Source of the DNA: Bdellovibrionales bacterium
GTDB taxonomy: Bacteria; Bdellovibrionota; Bdellovibrionia; Bdellovibrionales; UBA1609
Reading direction: 5' to 3'
Assembly: GCA_965261545.1 (NCBI GenBank)
Contig: CBDHDF010000006.1
Span: 32,001 to 96,000 of the forward strand
DNA length: 64,000 nucleotides
Both the position numbers and the translations under genes were made by a program. The stretch's first letter is position 1. Every line of letters starts with the position of its first letter. Under the pieces are notes generated by a model. That model was not told the DNA's origin, did not search any database, and worked only from the letters and a program-made list of their open reading frames with translations. Shown piece by piece: positions 50,002 to 61,246 of the stretch.

Positions 50002-51225
50002 TTATAAAATCTTATACTTTAAAAACCGACACTCAAGGGGGCCATTGTAGATAGGGTGTTTTGCCGAGGCTTTGAGTTGAAGAGCACGAGTGAGTTCCGC
50101 ATTCCCAGAAATGATCCAACAGGTCCAACCTTTAAAGCGTCTTTTCAAAGTAAAAGCTAAATCCTTATAAGTGTCCATAACTTCATCCAATGAACCCATC
50201 CTTTCCCCATAGGGCGGATTGACAACCAAGATTCCCTTCTTTTCTTCCACCGTCAAGAGGTTGTCTGCCAAAGGGGCGGCTGCTAAACGAGTGTCCTTCA
50301 AAATATTTTTTGCCAAATGATTTCCAACCTCATGAGCGACACATGGATTCTTTAAGAGACTCACGAATTCTTTTTTAAATACAATGTCATTCTCCACTCC
50401 CGCCTCCTTGGCATTGACCAAGCTATCTTGAATGGCCTTGGGGTGACAATCAAAACCATAGATATCAGCAACAGGGCCCTCCTTTTCTCGGTCCACGGCC
50501 TCCTTAACCACTCGATCCCAAACATCTTTTTGGAACTCCTTGAACCCTTGAAAAGCAAAGCCTTGACGCCAAATCCCCGGAGCCATAGCCCTTGCCATCA
50601 TGGCGGCCTCAATGAGAATCGTTCCCGATCCACACATGGGATCAATAAGAGGGACTCCTGGCTTCCACCCACTTATTTTAATCAATGCCGCAGCTAGGTG
50701 TTCTCGCAATGGAGCCGGTCCTGCATTTTTACGATATCCCCTAAAAGCCAAGCTTTCCCCGGAAGTATCAAGACTGAGAGAAACCTGATTCTTCACAATA
50801 CGCACCACAACCTTTAAATGGGGAGCCTTTTTGTTAACATCCGGTCGAGTTCCCAATTTTTCACGAAACTGATCCACAATAGCATCTTTGACTTTCAAAG
50901 CGACAAAACGATGATCCCTAAAGGAACTGTCTCTCACATGAGCCTCTACAGCAATGGACTCCGATGGCTCAATATACTTGGTAAAATCATGTTTTCTCAC
51001 ATTGCAATAGAGTTCATCATTTTGGTAGGCCGGAAATTGAAGGAGAGGCTTTACAATACGAGTGGCTGAGTGAAGATAGAGATTGGCCTTGTAACACCCC
51101 TCCCAAGAGCTGTCAAACCATACTCCCGCAGGCTCTTTTTCAAGAACTTTAAGCCCAAGGGCCGTAAGCTCATCATGAAGGACACCGTGAAGACCTCTTG
51201 AGGTCATGGCAAGAAACTTTGCCAT
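50002..51225 (-). CDS. THUMP-domain RNA methyltransferase (RlmL-like)
   Basis: 'DTSGESL..RGYR', 'APLREHLAA', 'DPMCGSGT', 'NPPYGER'. Confidence 0.9.
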   Translation of the reverse strand: MAKFLAMTSRGLHGVLHDELTALGLKVLEKEPAGVWFDSSWEGCYKANLYLHSATRIVKPLLQFPAYQNDELYCNVRKHDFTKYIEPSESIAVEAHVRDSSFRDHRFVALKVKDAIVDQFREKLGTRPDVNKKAPHLKVVVRIVKNQVSLSLDTSGESLAFRGYRKNAGPAPLREHLAAALIKISGWKPGVPLIDPMCGSGTILIEAAMMARAMAPGIWRQGFAFQGFKEFQKDVWDRVVKEAVDREKEGPVADIYGFDCHPKAIQDSLVNAKEAGVENDIVFKKEFVSLLKNPCVAHEVGNHLAKNILKDTRLAAAPLADNLLTVEEKKGILVVNPPYGERMGSLDEVMDTYKDLAFTLKRRFKGWTCWIISGNAELTRALQLKASAKHPIYNGPLECRFLKYKIL

Positions 51226-51226
51226 A

Positions 51227-51598
51227 CTATGGCTTTTTTGGCTTTTTTGAAAGGCCCTTTGCGGGCGCCTCTTTGCTTTCTTTTTTAATTTCTTTGCGAA
51301 GTTGGTTTTGAACTTTGCTTACGCTAAAGAGGCTGCGAGGCTCAGCCACCAGTTCCTGAACTTGAAGGTCTTCTTCGTCCGCTCCCCCCGGATAGCTCCT
51401 CTCTTGAGACCTTCGAGCCACTTCCCTCTCAGAAACTTCCTCAGAAACTTCCTCAGAAATCTCAGTTTGAGAAGCGACCCCTCTCTCCTGGGCCATGAGA
51501 CAAGGGGAAACCACCACGAGAAAAAAACTGAGAAATAAGGCCATCGGTGCCATAAGTGCCGCAGATATCATAGGTGCCGTAGGTGCCGTGGATGTCAT
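51227..51598 (-). CDS. Small hypothetical exported protein
   Basis: Signal peptide-like N-terminus, 'RSYPGGADEEDLQVQ'; abuts the methylase gene. Confidence 0.6.
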   Translation of the reverse strand: MTSTAPTAPMISAALMAPMALFLSFFLVVVSPCLMAQERGVASQTEISEEVSEEVSEREVARRSQERSYPGGADEEDLQVQELVAEPRSLFSVSKVQNQLRKEIKKESKEAPAKGLSKKPKKP

Positions 51599-51831
51599 AA
51601 ATGCCGCAAATGTCCAAGTGCCACAGTAATAGATTCCATAAGAAAACGAAACAATAATTTCATAAACAGCACCTCATACCAACTAAATAACCCTATAAGG
51701 ACAAAAAAACAAGATGAACTTGGAAACAATATCATAGTGCTATGCGTTGATATTTGAAAGTGCATCTCTAGAGGGTGTAGAATGAAGAATGACTGTTCTA
51801 CAAGCTTAAGCTTACCCAAGGGACCATTTCA

Positions 51832-52890
51832 TTGGCAACAGATGTCGAAGTTGAAATTTCATCTCTGCTTCTCATGGAGCCAGACCCTTCCTGTATCGCA
51901 CACAACTTATGTCAGAAGATCCAAGCCTCAGAATATGATTTCAATGAAAAAATCACGTTTTTAAATGCACTCATCCATATAGGCTTTTATAAGGAGGCTC
52001 TCTCCAGCATTCTTGACCTTTGGAGGGAATATCCCAAGAACTTTGCTTGGAAGCCACTTTTATTTCTCCTTCTAAAGCTTGAAATTTACCCATCTCAGGA
52101 TTTGTTGGACACTGTTTTTGAAGGAGCCTATCAGCAAAATAGCATAGATGAACTCGGAGCTATAAAAAAGTGGGAAGTTTGGGATGGGCGCTTTAAAGAA
52201 GCCCATTTGACTGCACAAAAGAAAAAACAAAAAGAACTACAAGAGAAGGGCGCAGAACTACAAGACCGGGCTCAATTTCTTAGAACACAAAGAATATACG
52301 ATGAAGAGATCGCACTGCTCCAAAGACTCTCCGCTCTTTTCCCTAAAAACCAAAATATCAAAACGCAGCTTAAAGAGGCCGAGAGTCTATGGTCTAAGGC
52401 TGTCATATCGAAGGCATCCTATAATAAGGATAGCTGGTTACACTCACCAAAGAGATCTTCGAAAAGTACCGACCCATGGGAAAAGCAATGCGACCATTGG
52501 CTCCAATTTATTCTAGATACGGTTCAAGAAAAAAGAAATATGAAAAAAAAACAGATCTACCACTTAGGTTTATTCTTTAAATTTATTGAAGCTCCCCACC
52601 ACGCACTCAAAGTCTTAAAAAACCTTGAAGGCTTTGCTGTGGACTGGTTAAGGATTGACATTTATATTGACTCGGAGCAATATATTCTGGCCCTAGAAGA
52701 AATTTCCAAGGTAGAAAAAAAGTATGCCGAACACCCAGAAACAAGTTTTGCAGCAAATTACTCCAGGGGAATTGCATTAAAGCACCTCGGACAGGAGCCT
52801 GCAGCTATTGAATTTATGAAAAAAATTGTTCAAGTCAAGAGAGACTACAGGTCTGCCCTTCAGTACATTAAAGACTGGGAGTCGCCATGA
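51832..52890 (+). CDS. Hypothetical helical protein with C-terminal TPR-like repeat
   Basis: 352-aa ORF; 'ANYSRGIALKHLGQEPAAIEFMKKIV...YRSA'. Confidence 0.65.
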   Translation: MATDVEVEISSLLLMEPDPSCIAHNLCQKIQASEYDFNEKITFLNALIHIGFYKEALSSILDLWREYPKNFAWKPLLFLLLKLEIYPSQDLLDTVFEGAYQQNSIDELGAIKKWEVWDGRFKEAHLTAQKKKQKELQEKGAELQDRAQFLRTQRIYDEEIALLQRLSALFPKNQNIKTQLKEAESLWSKAVISKASYNKDSWLHSPKRSSKSTDPWEKQCDHWLQFILDTVQEKRNMKKKQIYHLGLFFKFIEAPHHALKVLKNLEGFAVDWLRIDIYIDSEQYILALEEISKVEKKYAEHPETSFAANYSRGIALKHLGQEPAAIEFMKKIVQVKRDYRSALQYIKDWESP

Positions 52891-52915
52891 GTACAAACAA
52901 TCGCCCGTGGAAGCA

Positions 52916-55900
52916 ATGATGAGTCAACGAACTGTTATTAGAATGAGCGGACTCCTTTCTCTAACATGCCTTCTTATAGGCTTCTTATATAGCTACTACT
53001 CCCCAAGGCTGAAGTCGTGGCTTCTCTTGGAAATAGCGACTCAAAGCCAAAAACACCTCCATATAAAACTTCTTCCAGAGTCCTTGGAACTTACATTCTT
53101 GCCTCTAGGTCTCAGTATTCACAATATTCACATGACCCCACAGCCCCCTCTCAAAGATAACTTGGCTCCCACAAATATTGATCGTGTGGATATCTATTTT
53201 CAACTCTCACCACTGTTTCGTAAAAACCTTAAGCTCAAACACATTCATGTTACCGGAGGCACATTTAAATACACACAGCAACTATCTAAAAAATCAGCCC
53301 AAGAACCATCCCAAAAACCATCTGAAAAATCACCCCAAAAGAAAGATATAAATTTAGATTTATTATTAAATCTACCCATTGACCAGATCAGTACTGAAAA
53401 TGTGAATATCTATGTGAAAATGGAGAAAAAAGAAGAACACAATCTTAGAGAAGACACACTCATTCAAGCCATTGACTTAAAATCAAATTTAAGAATTGTC
53501 TCCGGACACATATATTTTGATGTACTTTCAAATAAGGTCATCTTTAAAAAAACAAATCCTCATGCTTCCATAAATATGGGCCTGTTTGCTCAGATACAAG
53601 TGAGCAAAGACCGAATTCAAATTGACTCAATAAAATTCACAAAGAATCGGTCATTTTTTAATATATCTGGTAAGATCAGTGGTCATCTTAATCAAAACCA
53701 ATACAACACCATCAATATCAAGACAGAGGGGGACATTAAGCTTGAAGACCTCACTCACATTATCAGCGGAGTCTTTCCTCAAAAGACAATTCCTCAAATG
53801 GAGGGAGATATTGACTTCAAGGTGCGAATCAACCATAAGAGAAAACAATCTCTTCTTTTAGATATTGATATTAAATCACAAAATACATATCTAAATAAAA
53901 TCGAAGTCGGGAATTTCCAAATCAAAGGAAAGAATAAGGGACGAAAATTTTTAACCTCTTTCTTTAGAATTGAAAATTCTGGAGCAAAAACGCAGATTCA
54001 TAATTTTAACATCCTCCTTAGAGATGAATATTATTTTTCTGGCGACATTGATCTTTCTTATTTTGAACTTAAAAATTTTTTAAATACTCTAAAAATAGAA
54101 AATACCCTTGTACATATGGATGCCAATGGAAATATTCCATGTGAAGGAAGGTTAAAGCCAGAGTTTGAATTAAACTGTCATTACGATCTAAAGATTCCAC
54201 TTCTTGAAGTTCAAAAAGATAATTATTCCCTCTCTCATACAACAAAATTGCCTAAATTATCTAAATTATCTAAATCGTCTAATAAAATGAAATTGGTTGG
54301 TAAATTAAAATTACCTCATAATAAAATAAAATCACCTCATAATAAAGTAAAATTAAAGAACATTTATGCCAAAGGAGAGGTATCCATTTCTTCTAAGAAG
54401 TTAACATACAAATCTGACATAGGCTTTCCCAGTGCCAAAGCCCAAACTCATGGGTCCGTAAGCTTTAATAAAGATTTTCTTTATATTAGCCACTATAAAG
54501 GAACAATAGAAAAGCTCTCAAATATTGATAACTTATTTGACCTAAACCTTTCTGGGTCAGTTCACATCAAAGGGACCGCACAAGGCAACATCACCGGGAA
54601 GCCAAAACATACTCTCATAGATATGAATCTCCAAGGAAGACATGGCTATCTCAAAGATTGGTTTCTGGGCCACCCCTCTTTTCATATGAAGTACCATCAA
54701 GGAATTTTAAAGTTTAGCGACCTTGAGGGAAGGTTCCATCAAACGAAATACCATGGCAATATCACCTTAGACTTTTTAAAAAATAATATCTCTTTAAACA
54801 TAGAAGCCCCTCTTCTTCGACTGAATATCTTTAATAATTCTTTTAAGAAGAAATTTAATATTAATCCTCGTCTTCATGGATCTGGAAAAGCTCACATGAA
54901 TCTATGGGGTCCTTTTTCAAAACTCAACTATAAACTCAAATCGAAATTTCATCGAGGAAGCCTTTATGGAGAAGGGTTTGATGTCCTAGAATGTCATATC
55001 TCATCAAAGAGTGGCGAGAGTTCTTTAGATAATGTTCTTATAAAAAGACGACAAAGCTCTTTGAAGCTGAGTGGCTTTGTAGAACACAACGGAAATATCG
55101 ATGCTCACCTATCAGGTCATCGCATTACCATCGAACAAATAGATAACTTAGAAAGTCTCGGCTTAGACCTCACCGGACAATTCGACTTTGAATCAAAAAT
55201 TCAAGGCCCTCATCAAAAACTCACGGCACAAATTGAAGGAACGATATCAAACACAATGGTGAGAGACGCTGCTATTAAAGATTCAACATTTAAAATACAC
55301 ACAACCGAAGACAAAATGTCTGGTCACTTTAATCTTCTTGGAGGTGAAATTGATTCAAAGTTTCACCTCCCTCTTAAAAAAGGAAACCCCTTTTCTTTGT
55401 CTATTTACACCAAAAATTGGGACTTTACAAAATTCTTCTCTATGTTCTCAGAATCTGTAGAAAAAAAGAGTTTCCAATCCAAGATGACCTCAGAAATTAA
55501 TTTAAGTAACGAAAATGGAAATTTATGGAAATCTAGTGGATATGGTCAAATATCTCGATTTGAGATATCTAGAGGACCTATCTTCATGTACGCACCTCAA
55601 ACTATGAAGATATTCTTTTCAAACGGAATTATGAAAACACAAAATTTTAAAATAATAGGAGAAAATACTTTTCTTGAAGTGATATCAGAAGGATCTTCAT
55701 ACGAAAAAATAAATATTGCACTCAATGGCATTTTAAACATGGGCTTGGGAATACTTATAACTCCATTTCTAAATGAACTCAATGGACGCCTTACATTTTC
55801 AAATCAAATATCCGGCCACCTCTTCGACCCATACATAAAAGGATCCATAGATATAAAAGATGCCTTTATTCAAATTAAAAAATTTCCTCATCCACTGGAA

Positions 55901-57082
55901 AATGTCTCTGCAGATCTTTTGTTTAGCAAAAAAAATCTTCTCATCAACACCTTTAAGGCTAATTTTGCTAGAGGAAGCATACAGTCCTGGGGCAAAGTTC
56001 ACTTTCTTGAAATAAATAAAGTGCCCATAGATATTAAAGCTAAATTTAAAGGTATTTCTTTGGATGTCCCCGAAGGAGTCCACACAAAGGGGGATGGAGA
56101 TATACATATTTCAGGAAATTATTTTCCCTATAAAGTTAGAGGACAATATAACATTTTAAGTGGTGGAGTGAAGAAGAACTTTTCGATACCAATATCAAGT
56201 TTTAAGAAAAGAGTCACACCCAGTATTATTCTTCCTGATTTTTTAAACAAAGCCAGAGAAACACCTATTGATCTCAAATTTGCATTGCATATTAATAATC
56301 CAATTAAAATACAAACACGAGTTAGCACTGTAGATATTAATACCCAAGTCCATGGACATGTCAAAGTAATGGGACCATATAATCAAATCATATTGAGAGG
56401 AACCCTTGAAACAATGGATGGCGGAGAAGTTAACTTCAGATCTAATATTTTTAATATAAAGACAGGTCGAATTGTCTATAGAGATTCTTCTCCCTTTGAC
56501 CCTGAAATACTTATTTCTGCCAACACGAGGGTCGGAGGATCAGACATTAACCTTGTCGCTCAAGGAAGACCAAGTTCACCTGAGATACATTTAACAAGTC
56601 GCCCCCCTATGCCAGAGCATGAAATTATATCTTTATTAGTTTTTGGACTCACATTAAAAAAATCATATACTCTTTCGCCGTCATCGATATTTGATGAAAA
56701 TAATCAAAGACAATCTACCTTTCAAGCAGCCTCTGCAATTTTTAATGAACAAATCGGTCTTACAAAAGAAATTAACAATCAACTTGGTATTCAAGTGGAT
56801 ATTTCTTCGTCCTATGACGAGACAACGGGAGCAATTATTCCATCTGTTGTCGCTCGAAAACAGTGGACACCTCAATTTGGAGCCTCCATTGCAAGAACTA
56901 TAGGTAACAAAGAACCTACCAATCTTCTGAGAACGGAGTATCGTATTAATAATAATGTTTCATTCGTAGGATCATTTAAACAAAAAGAAAATAGCTCAAC
57001 AGAGACTGATATAAAAAATTCTAATATTTTTGGACTCGATTTGGAATATAAATTTGAATTCAATCTAGATGATGACAAATGA
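52916..57082 (+). CDS. tamB: TamB/AsmA-like translocation module protein
   Basis: ~1390 aa, N-terminal anchor, beta-rich; C-terminal 'LTSRPPMPEHEIISLLVFG'; overlaps the Omp85 gene. Confidence 0.8.
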   Translation: MMSQRTVIRMSGLLSLTCLLIGFLYSYYSPRLKSWLLLEIATQSQKHLHIKLLPESLELTFLPLGLSIHNIHMTPQPPLKDNLAPTNIDRVDIYFQLSPLFRKNLKLKHIHVTGGTFKYTQQLSKKSAQEPSQKPSEKSPQKKDINLDLLLNLPIDQISTENVNIYVKMEKKEEHNLREDTLIQAIDLKSNLRIVSGHIYFDVLSNKVIFKKTNPHASINMGLFAQIQVSKDRIQIDSIKFTKNRSFFNISGKISGHLNQNQYNTINIKTEGDIKLEDLTHIISGVFPQKTIPQMEGDIDFKVRINHKRKQSLLLDIDIKSQNTYLNKIEVGNFQIKGKNKGRKFLTSFFRIENSGAKTQIHNFNILLRDEYYFSGDIDLSYFELKNFLNTLKIENTLVHMDANGNIPCEGRLKPEFELNCHYDLKIPLLEVQKDNYSLSHTTKLPKLSKLSKSSNKMKLVGKLKLPHNKIKSPHNKVKLKNIYAKGEVSISSKKLTYKSDIGFPSAKAQTHGSVSFNKDFLYISHYKGTIEKLSNIDNLFDLNLSGSVHIKGTAQGNITGKPKHTLIDMNLQGRHGYLKDWFLGHPSFHMKYHQGILKFSDLEGRFHQTKYHGNITLDFLKNNISLNIEAPLLRLNIFNNSFKKKFNINPRLHGSGKAHMNLWGPFSKLNYKLKSKFHRGSLYGEGFDVLECHISSKSGESSLDNVLIKRRQSSLKLSGFVEHNGNIDAHLSGHRITIEQIDNLESLGLDLTGQFDFESKIQGPHQKLTAQIEGTISNTMVRDAAIKDSTFKIHTTEDKMSGHFNLLGGEIDSKFHLPLKKGNPFSLSIYTKNWDFTKFFSMFSESVEKKSFQSKMTSEINLSNENGNLWKSSGYGQISRFEISRGPIFMYAPQTMKIFFSNGIMKTQNFKIIGENTFLEVISEGSSYEKINIALNGILNMGLGILITPFLNELNGRLTFSNQISGHLFDPYIKGSIDIKDAFIQIKKFPHPLENVSADLLFSKKNLLINTFKANFARGSIQSWGKVHFLEINKVPIDIKAKFKGISLDVPEGVHTKGDGDIHISGNYFPYKVRGQYNILSGGVKKNFSIPISSFKKRVTPSIILPDFLNKARETPIDLKFALHINNPIKIQTRVSTVDINTQVHGHVKVMGPYNQIILRGTLETMDGGEVNFRSNIFNIKTGRIVYRDSSPFDPEILISANTRVGGSDINLVAQGRPSSPEIHLTSRPPMPEHEIISLLVFGLTLKKSYTLSPSSIFDENNQRQSTFQAASAIFNEQIGLTKEINNQLGIQVDISSSYDETTGAIIPSVVARKQWTPQFGASIARTIGNKEPTNLLRTEYRINNNVSFVGSFKQKENSSTETDIKNSNIFGLDLEYKFEFNLDDDK

Positions 57083-60045
57083 ATATAGATATGACTATGA
57101 CTATAAAAAAAATCATTATATTTTTCGCATTCATCCTTTCTTTTAGCCAAACCACGATGGCTAGGGAACAATTTTTGTTCGAATCTATATCAGAATCAGA
57201 TATCAAGTCTATCAAAAAAAAATTTCTTAATCACCAAAAATCTTCACCCAATAATCAAATCATCCTCCCTCCCAAGGCCAACACACCCCTTCAACTCAAT
57301 ATTTCTCTCGGAGACAAGATTATTAAATACTTAATGATGACGGAACGATATAAATCTGTCTCCCTCATAAAAAGCCAAAAAGGTCTTATTATTAAGGGAG
57401 AAAAATCTCGTATTATTAGAAAAATTTCTATTAAAGGAAATAAAATTATAAGCAATAAAAAGATTGCTTCTTTCACCTCCTTATCTGAAGGTCAAGGCAT
57501 GAATCGCTCTTCTTTGATTCAAGGGGTAAGCGCAATCAAAAAATATTATAGCGAGAGAGGTTATATCAACGTCAACGTTCAAGTAAAAATAGTCTCTACT
57601 GGCAAGGATGGCATTCACCTCAAGTATGTCATTGAAGAAAATGAGCCTTGCTTAGCTGACAACATTGTTATTACAACGACTAATAATAAAATAAAGAAGA
57701 AAATTCTATCAAAAATAAAAAAATATAAGAACAAAGTATTTTCTAACAAACTTATTTTTAAAATAGACGAATCTATCAAAAATACCCTCCAAGAAAATAG
57801 ATATATAACTTCCCAATTGGAACAGGTCCAAGCCATTTATAACGAAAAAAAGACACGTGTAAAAATAGAGTATAAAATAAGAAATCCCTATAAATATGAA
57901 ATATATATTTTTGGCAACAAGGAGTACTCAAGATCATCAATTTTGCGCACCTTCGGCATTAAAAAAGTTCAATCACACAATATTGATCCTGTTAATGAGA
58001 TGCGAATTCAACTTAAAGATCGCTATAAGAGGGATGGATTCATTCATGTTAAAGTTGACTACACAATAGAGTCTCACCTATCCTCATTCATCAAAAAAGT
58101 AGTATTTAAAATAACCGAGGGACCAAAAGTAAAAATAAATAAAATCAAAGTTTCTGGAATTTTGAAGAAAAAATCTAAACGATATGAAGAATTTATCAGT
58201 CAAAATAGTTCAGATTTAGTAGCTTCAGGATACTACAATTTAGAAGATATTAAAATAGGAAGGGATAATCTTATCGCTCACCTAAGAAACCAAGGTTACC
58301 TTCAGGCGATTCATATTTCAACATCTATAAAATATCTGAATCGAGATAAATCATTGGGGGATATATCCATTCTTATTGATGAAGGTTTGCCAACAAAAAT
58401 TCATCATATTAAATTTACAGGTGCTAATTTTTTTACAAACCAACAACTCATAAAACAAGTAGGCATAAAGGTCGGATCCCCTTTGAAAAATCAACATGTA
58501 AAGGACGGTGTACAAAAATTAAAAGATTTTTATGCAAACCAAGGATTCTTGGATTTTTATGTGAGAAATGAGGAATCAAAAAATATCATAACCCCCAAAA
58601 AACCAATCATTCAGTTCAATAATCTTAATAATCAAGAAGACTTAAACTTTAATCATCAAGTAGATTTAGCTTTTATGATTTATGAAGGTCCTCAAATCAA
58701 AGTGGCCTCTATTCTTATAGAAGGCCACTCTATCACCAAAGATTATGTCATCCTCAAAGAACTTAACTTTAATGTCGGCGATGTTCTCACACGAAAGAAC
58801 ATACTCCTCTCACAGAAGGCTCTGAATCGCCTCGGTATTTTTTCTCAGGTTGACATTCAAGTTCTTGGGCAAGGAACAACGAATTCCTGGCGCACCGTGC
58901 TTATTCGCATTCGTGAAGCCAACCCAGGATCCTTTAAAACGGGCCTGGGGCTTACCAATGAAAGGCAGCTAACAGGCCGCTCTTATGTAGGAGCTGCCTA
59001 CAACAATATCAGAGGTACTTCACGGTCCTTAAGCGGGCGCCTTGACTACCAAGTAAGCCTTGTTGAAAAAAGAGCCTCCAATGAGTTGCAAGCCACTATG
59101 GGCTACTTAGAACCTTATCTTTTCGATTCCATGTGGCGTGGGCGTATCAACTCCATTGCCGCCAAAGAACTACGGGATCAAGATGAACAGGTAGAGAGGT
59201 ATGCAATAAGCCAAACACTCGACCTCATCCTTGAGAAGAATTTTAGCCAAGAAATCACGTTCAATTGGACTCTTTTAAGCTGGACCCAAAGACGCCTTGA
59301 TATTGAACCCAAACCAAATTCAAGTTTAAGCCGAAAAACCTTAAACGAACTCAAAATTGCTCAAATAGGGCCTAGCCTAGACTTTGAGTATAGGGACAGC
59401 CCCTTTCTCCCCACAAAGGGCTACTATGGTAAACTGAGTGCATTTTATGCCTCTCCATTACTGGGCAGTTCAGACCCCGTGCACTTTTTTAAGATGGAAG
59501 GAAATTTTCGACATTATTTACCCATCGGAGAAACTCGATGGATTTGGGCCAACTCTTACAGTGCAGGCTATATAAAAGATATTCTAGGAAATAATGGACA
59601 AAGCGGCATTCCATTTCTCTCCTTTTTCTTTCTCGGTGGGCAAAGATCCATTCGTGGATTTGGCGGCAGTGATGAGCTGGAAAGAATTCCCAGTAGTGAT
59701 ACACTCAGCCTTAGCGATCCCAGTAGTTCCACACAATTAAGACAGGCCGAACTTATCCAAACAGAAAAAGCTTTTTATGGCCTTTTCCGCTCTGAAATCC
59801 GATTTCCCATTAAAGGAGTGTTTGGTGGTGTTCTTTTCTATGATGTGGGCGGGGTTCATATGTCAGATATATCTCAGAGAAAAACTTGGAGGCAAAGCTT
59901 TGGAGTCGGCCTGAGATTAAATTCACCCTTCGGACCTATTGTCCTCGATTATGCACGAAAAATCAATCCTTTGTCTGGCATTGGACGCTATGGCCAACAA
60001 AATGAGCGAGAGAGTAAAATTCATGTTTCTATTGGTACTTTTTAA
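57079..60045 (+). CDS. Omp85-family protein (TamA/BamA-like) with multiple POTRA domains
   Basis: POTRA repeats, 'FFLGGQRSIRGF', 'GVGLRLNSPFGPIVLDYA', C-terminal Phe. Confidence 0.9.
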   Translation: MNIDMTMTIKKIIIFFAFILSFSQTTMAREQFLFESISESDIKSIKKKFLNHQKSSPNNQIILPPKANTPLQLNISLGDKIIKYLMMTERYKSVSLIKSQKGLIIKGEKSRIIRKISIKGNKIISNKKIASFTSLSEGQGMNRSSLIQGVSAIKKYYSERGYINVNVQVKIVSTGKDGIHLKYVIEENEPCLADNIVITTTNNKIKKKILSKIKKYKNKVFSNKLIFKIDESIKNTLQENRYITSQLEQVQAIYNEKKTRVKIEYKIRNPYKYEIYIFGNKEYSRSSILRTFGIKKVQSHNIDPVNEMRIQLKDRYKRDGFIHVKVDYTIESHLSSFIKKVVFKITEGPKVKINKIKVSGILKKKSKRYEEFISQNSSDLVASGYYNLEDIKIGRDNLIAHLRNQGYLQAIHISTSIKYLNRDKSLGDISILIDEGLPTKIHHIKFTGANFFTNQQLIKQVGIKVGSPLKNQHVKDGVQKLKDFYANQGFLDFYVRNEESKNIITPKKPIIQFNNLNNQEDLNFNHQVDLAFMIYEGPQIKVASILIEGHSITKDYVILKELNFNVGDVLTRKNILLSQKALNRLGIFSQVDIQVLGQGTTNSWRTVLIRIREANPGSFKTGLGLTNERQLTGRSYVGAAYNNIRGTSRSLSGRLDYQVSLVEKRASNELQATMGYLEPYLFDSMWRGRINSIAAKELRDQDEQVERYAISQTLDLILEKNFSQEITFNWTLLSWTQRRLDIEPKPNSSLSRKTLNELKIAQIGPSLDFEYRDSPFLPTKGYYGKLSAFYASPLLGSSDPVHFFKMEGNFRHYLPIGETRWIWANSYSAGYIKDILGNNGQSGIPFLSFFFLGGQRSIRGFGGSDELERIPSSDTLSLSDPSSSTQLRQAELIQTEKAFYGLFRSEIRFPIKGVFGGVLFYDVGGVHMSDISQRKTWRQSFGVGLRLNSPFGPIVLDYARKINPLSGIGRYGQQNERESKIHVSIGTF

Positions 60046-60115
60046 AAAAATCCGTGCCAATCAATTGACAAAACAAGCAATTGACAAAACAAGAAAAATT
60101 TGGAACAATTATATA

Positions 60116-60887
60116 ATGACTCTTGTATCTTCTTCAAATCAAGGAGGTTTCACGATCACCGCAGCACTGATGTCTGTGGCTATCGTGGGCGTAGGTATGT
60201 CTGCCATGATAAGCATGCTTTCGTTTCAACATAGAGAACTTCAGTCCATCAAAGAGCAGCTTATTAGTTCCAATATAAAACAATTTATCCTACAAACCAT
60301 GAAAGATTTGAGAAAATGCGATTGTCACTTCAATTCATCTTTGAACTCCGGCCCCTTCAACGGTGAAGCTGTAGGGCCTTTCACCATCGACATGACAACA
60401 CCACCCATTGGAGACATTAACCTAGGCAGCCTCCGCACAGGTTGTGATTTCACAGGAACGAACAATATCATCGTCGCGGCAGGAGCAACCATTAAAAATA
60501 TGGGACGGCTAAAGACAAAATCGGTCCGAGCAAAAAAGATTCAGCCCACAACAACCCTCGGAGAGTATCAAGCTGAACTTACGGTGGATTTTGAAACACC
60601 AAATCGCCCCCTCAGGCCCGTCGTCGTAGATATTCTTCTTTCTGTTGACACCACGGTAGCTGGTGCCCAAAGCCCATAACTCACTGTGGCCCGACACTGG
60701 TTGCAGCAGCCAGCAACACAGATTCTGCCGTGTACAAATATAAAACTCAGTTCGATAACTTCATTGAAAATACAGAGTTTAGTATCCTAACCCCCGGCAG
60801 CACCATTGTTCAATGCTTTAAAAAAACATTTCGATGTTCTGGAGAGCATAACCTATCCACATCCACCTGCGATTACTCTTCAAGAGG
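60116..60887 (+). pseudogene. Prepilin-like protein, frameshifted and probably truncated by IS21-B
   Basis: 'NQGG|FTITAALMSVAIVG' prepilin-type N-terminus; stop at 60679, but the -1 frame continues 'PITHCGPTL...' to the IS end. Confidence 0.55.
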
Positions 60888-60896
60888 TATTTATTG

Positions 60897-60966
60897 CTGA
60901 ATTTCACGAGTTTGACCCACTGAATTTCACGAGTTTGACCCACTGAATTTCACGAAGTTTGACCCA
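60897..60966. repeat. Three tandem ~23-bp terminal repeats of IS21-B
   Basis: CTGAATTTCACGAGTTTGACCCA x3 (third with one extra A). Confidence 0.9.
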
Positions 60967-61246
60967 CCCCTCAGTCAGTCAATTTGAGGTCCAATTTTGA
61001 ATTTCACGGTGGCTCAAACTTTGTCAATTTAAACCTTCTTTTTTCTGCTGACTCAGTAACTTTTACACCCTCAATGTCACGATGTCCCAACGGTGGGTTA
61101 AGGCTTATTTGCCAGAATGTTAGATGCCAACTAAAATTGGCCACTTTGTCATTGAGAATCTCGGCCCTTCCCATTTTTGAGGTTTCAATGGAGGGTTTTT
61201 CGATGGGGATGTTGAACCCATGGCTCAAAATGGCAGAGAATAGCGA

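Noticed and set aside
60897..60966. 23-bp repeats as CRISPR repeats or plasmid iterons
   Set aside because: No spacers and no rep gene; position and arrangement fit IS21 terminal repeats.
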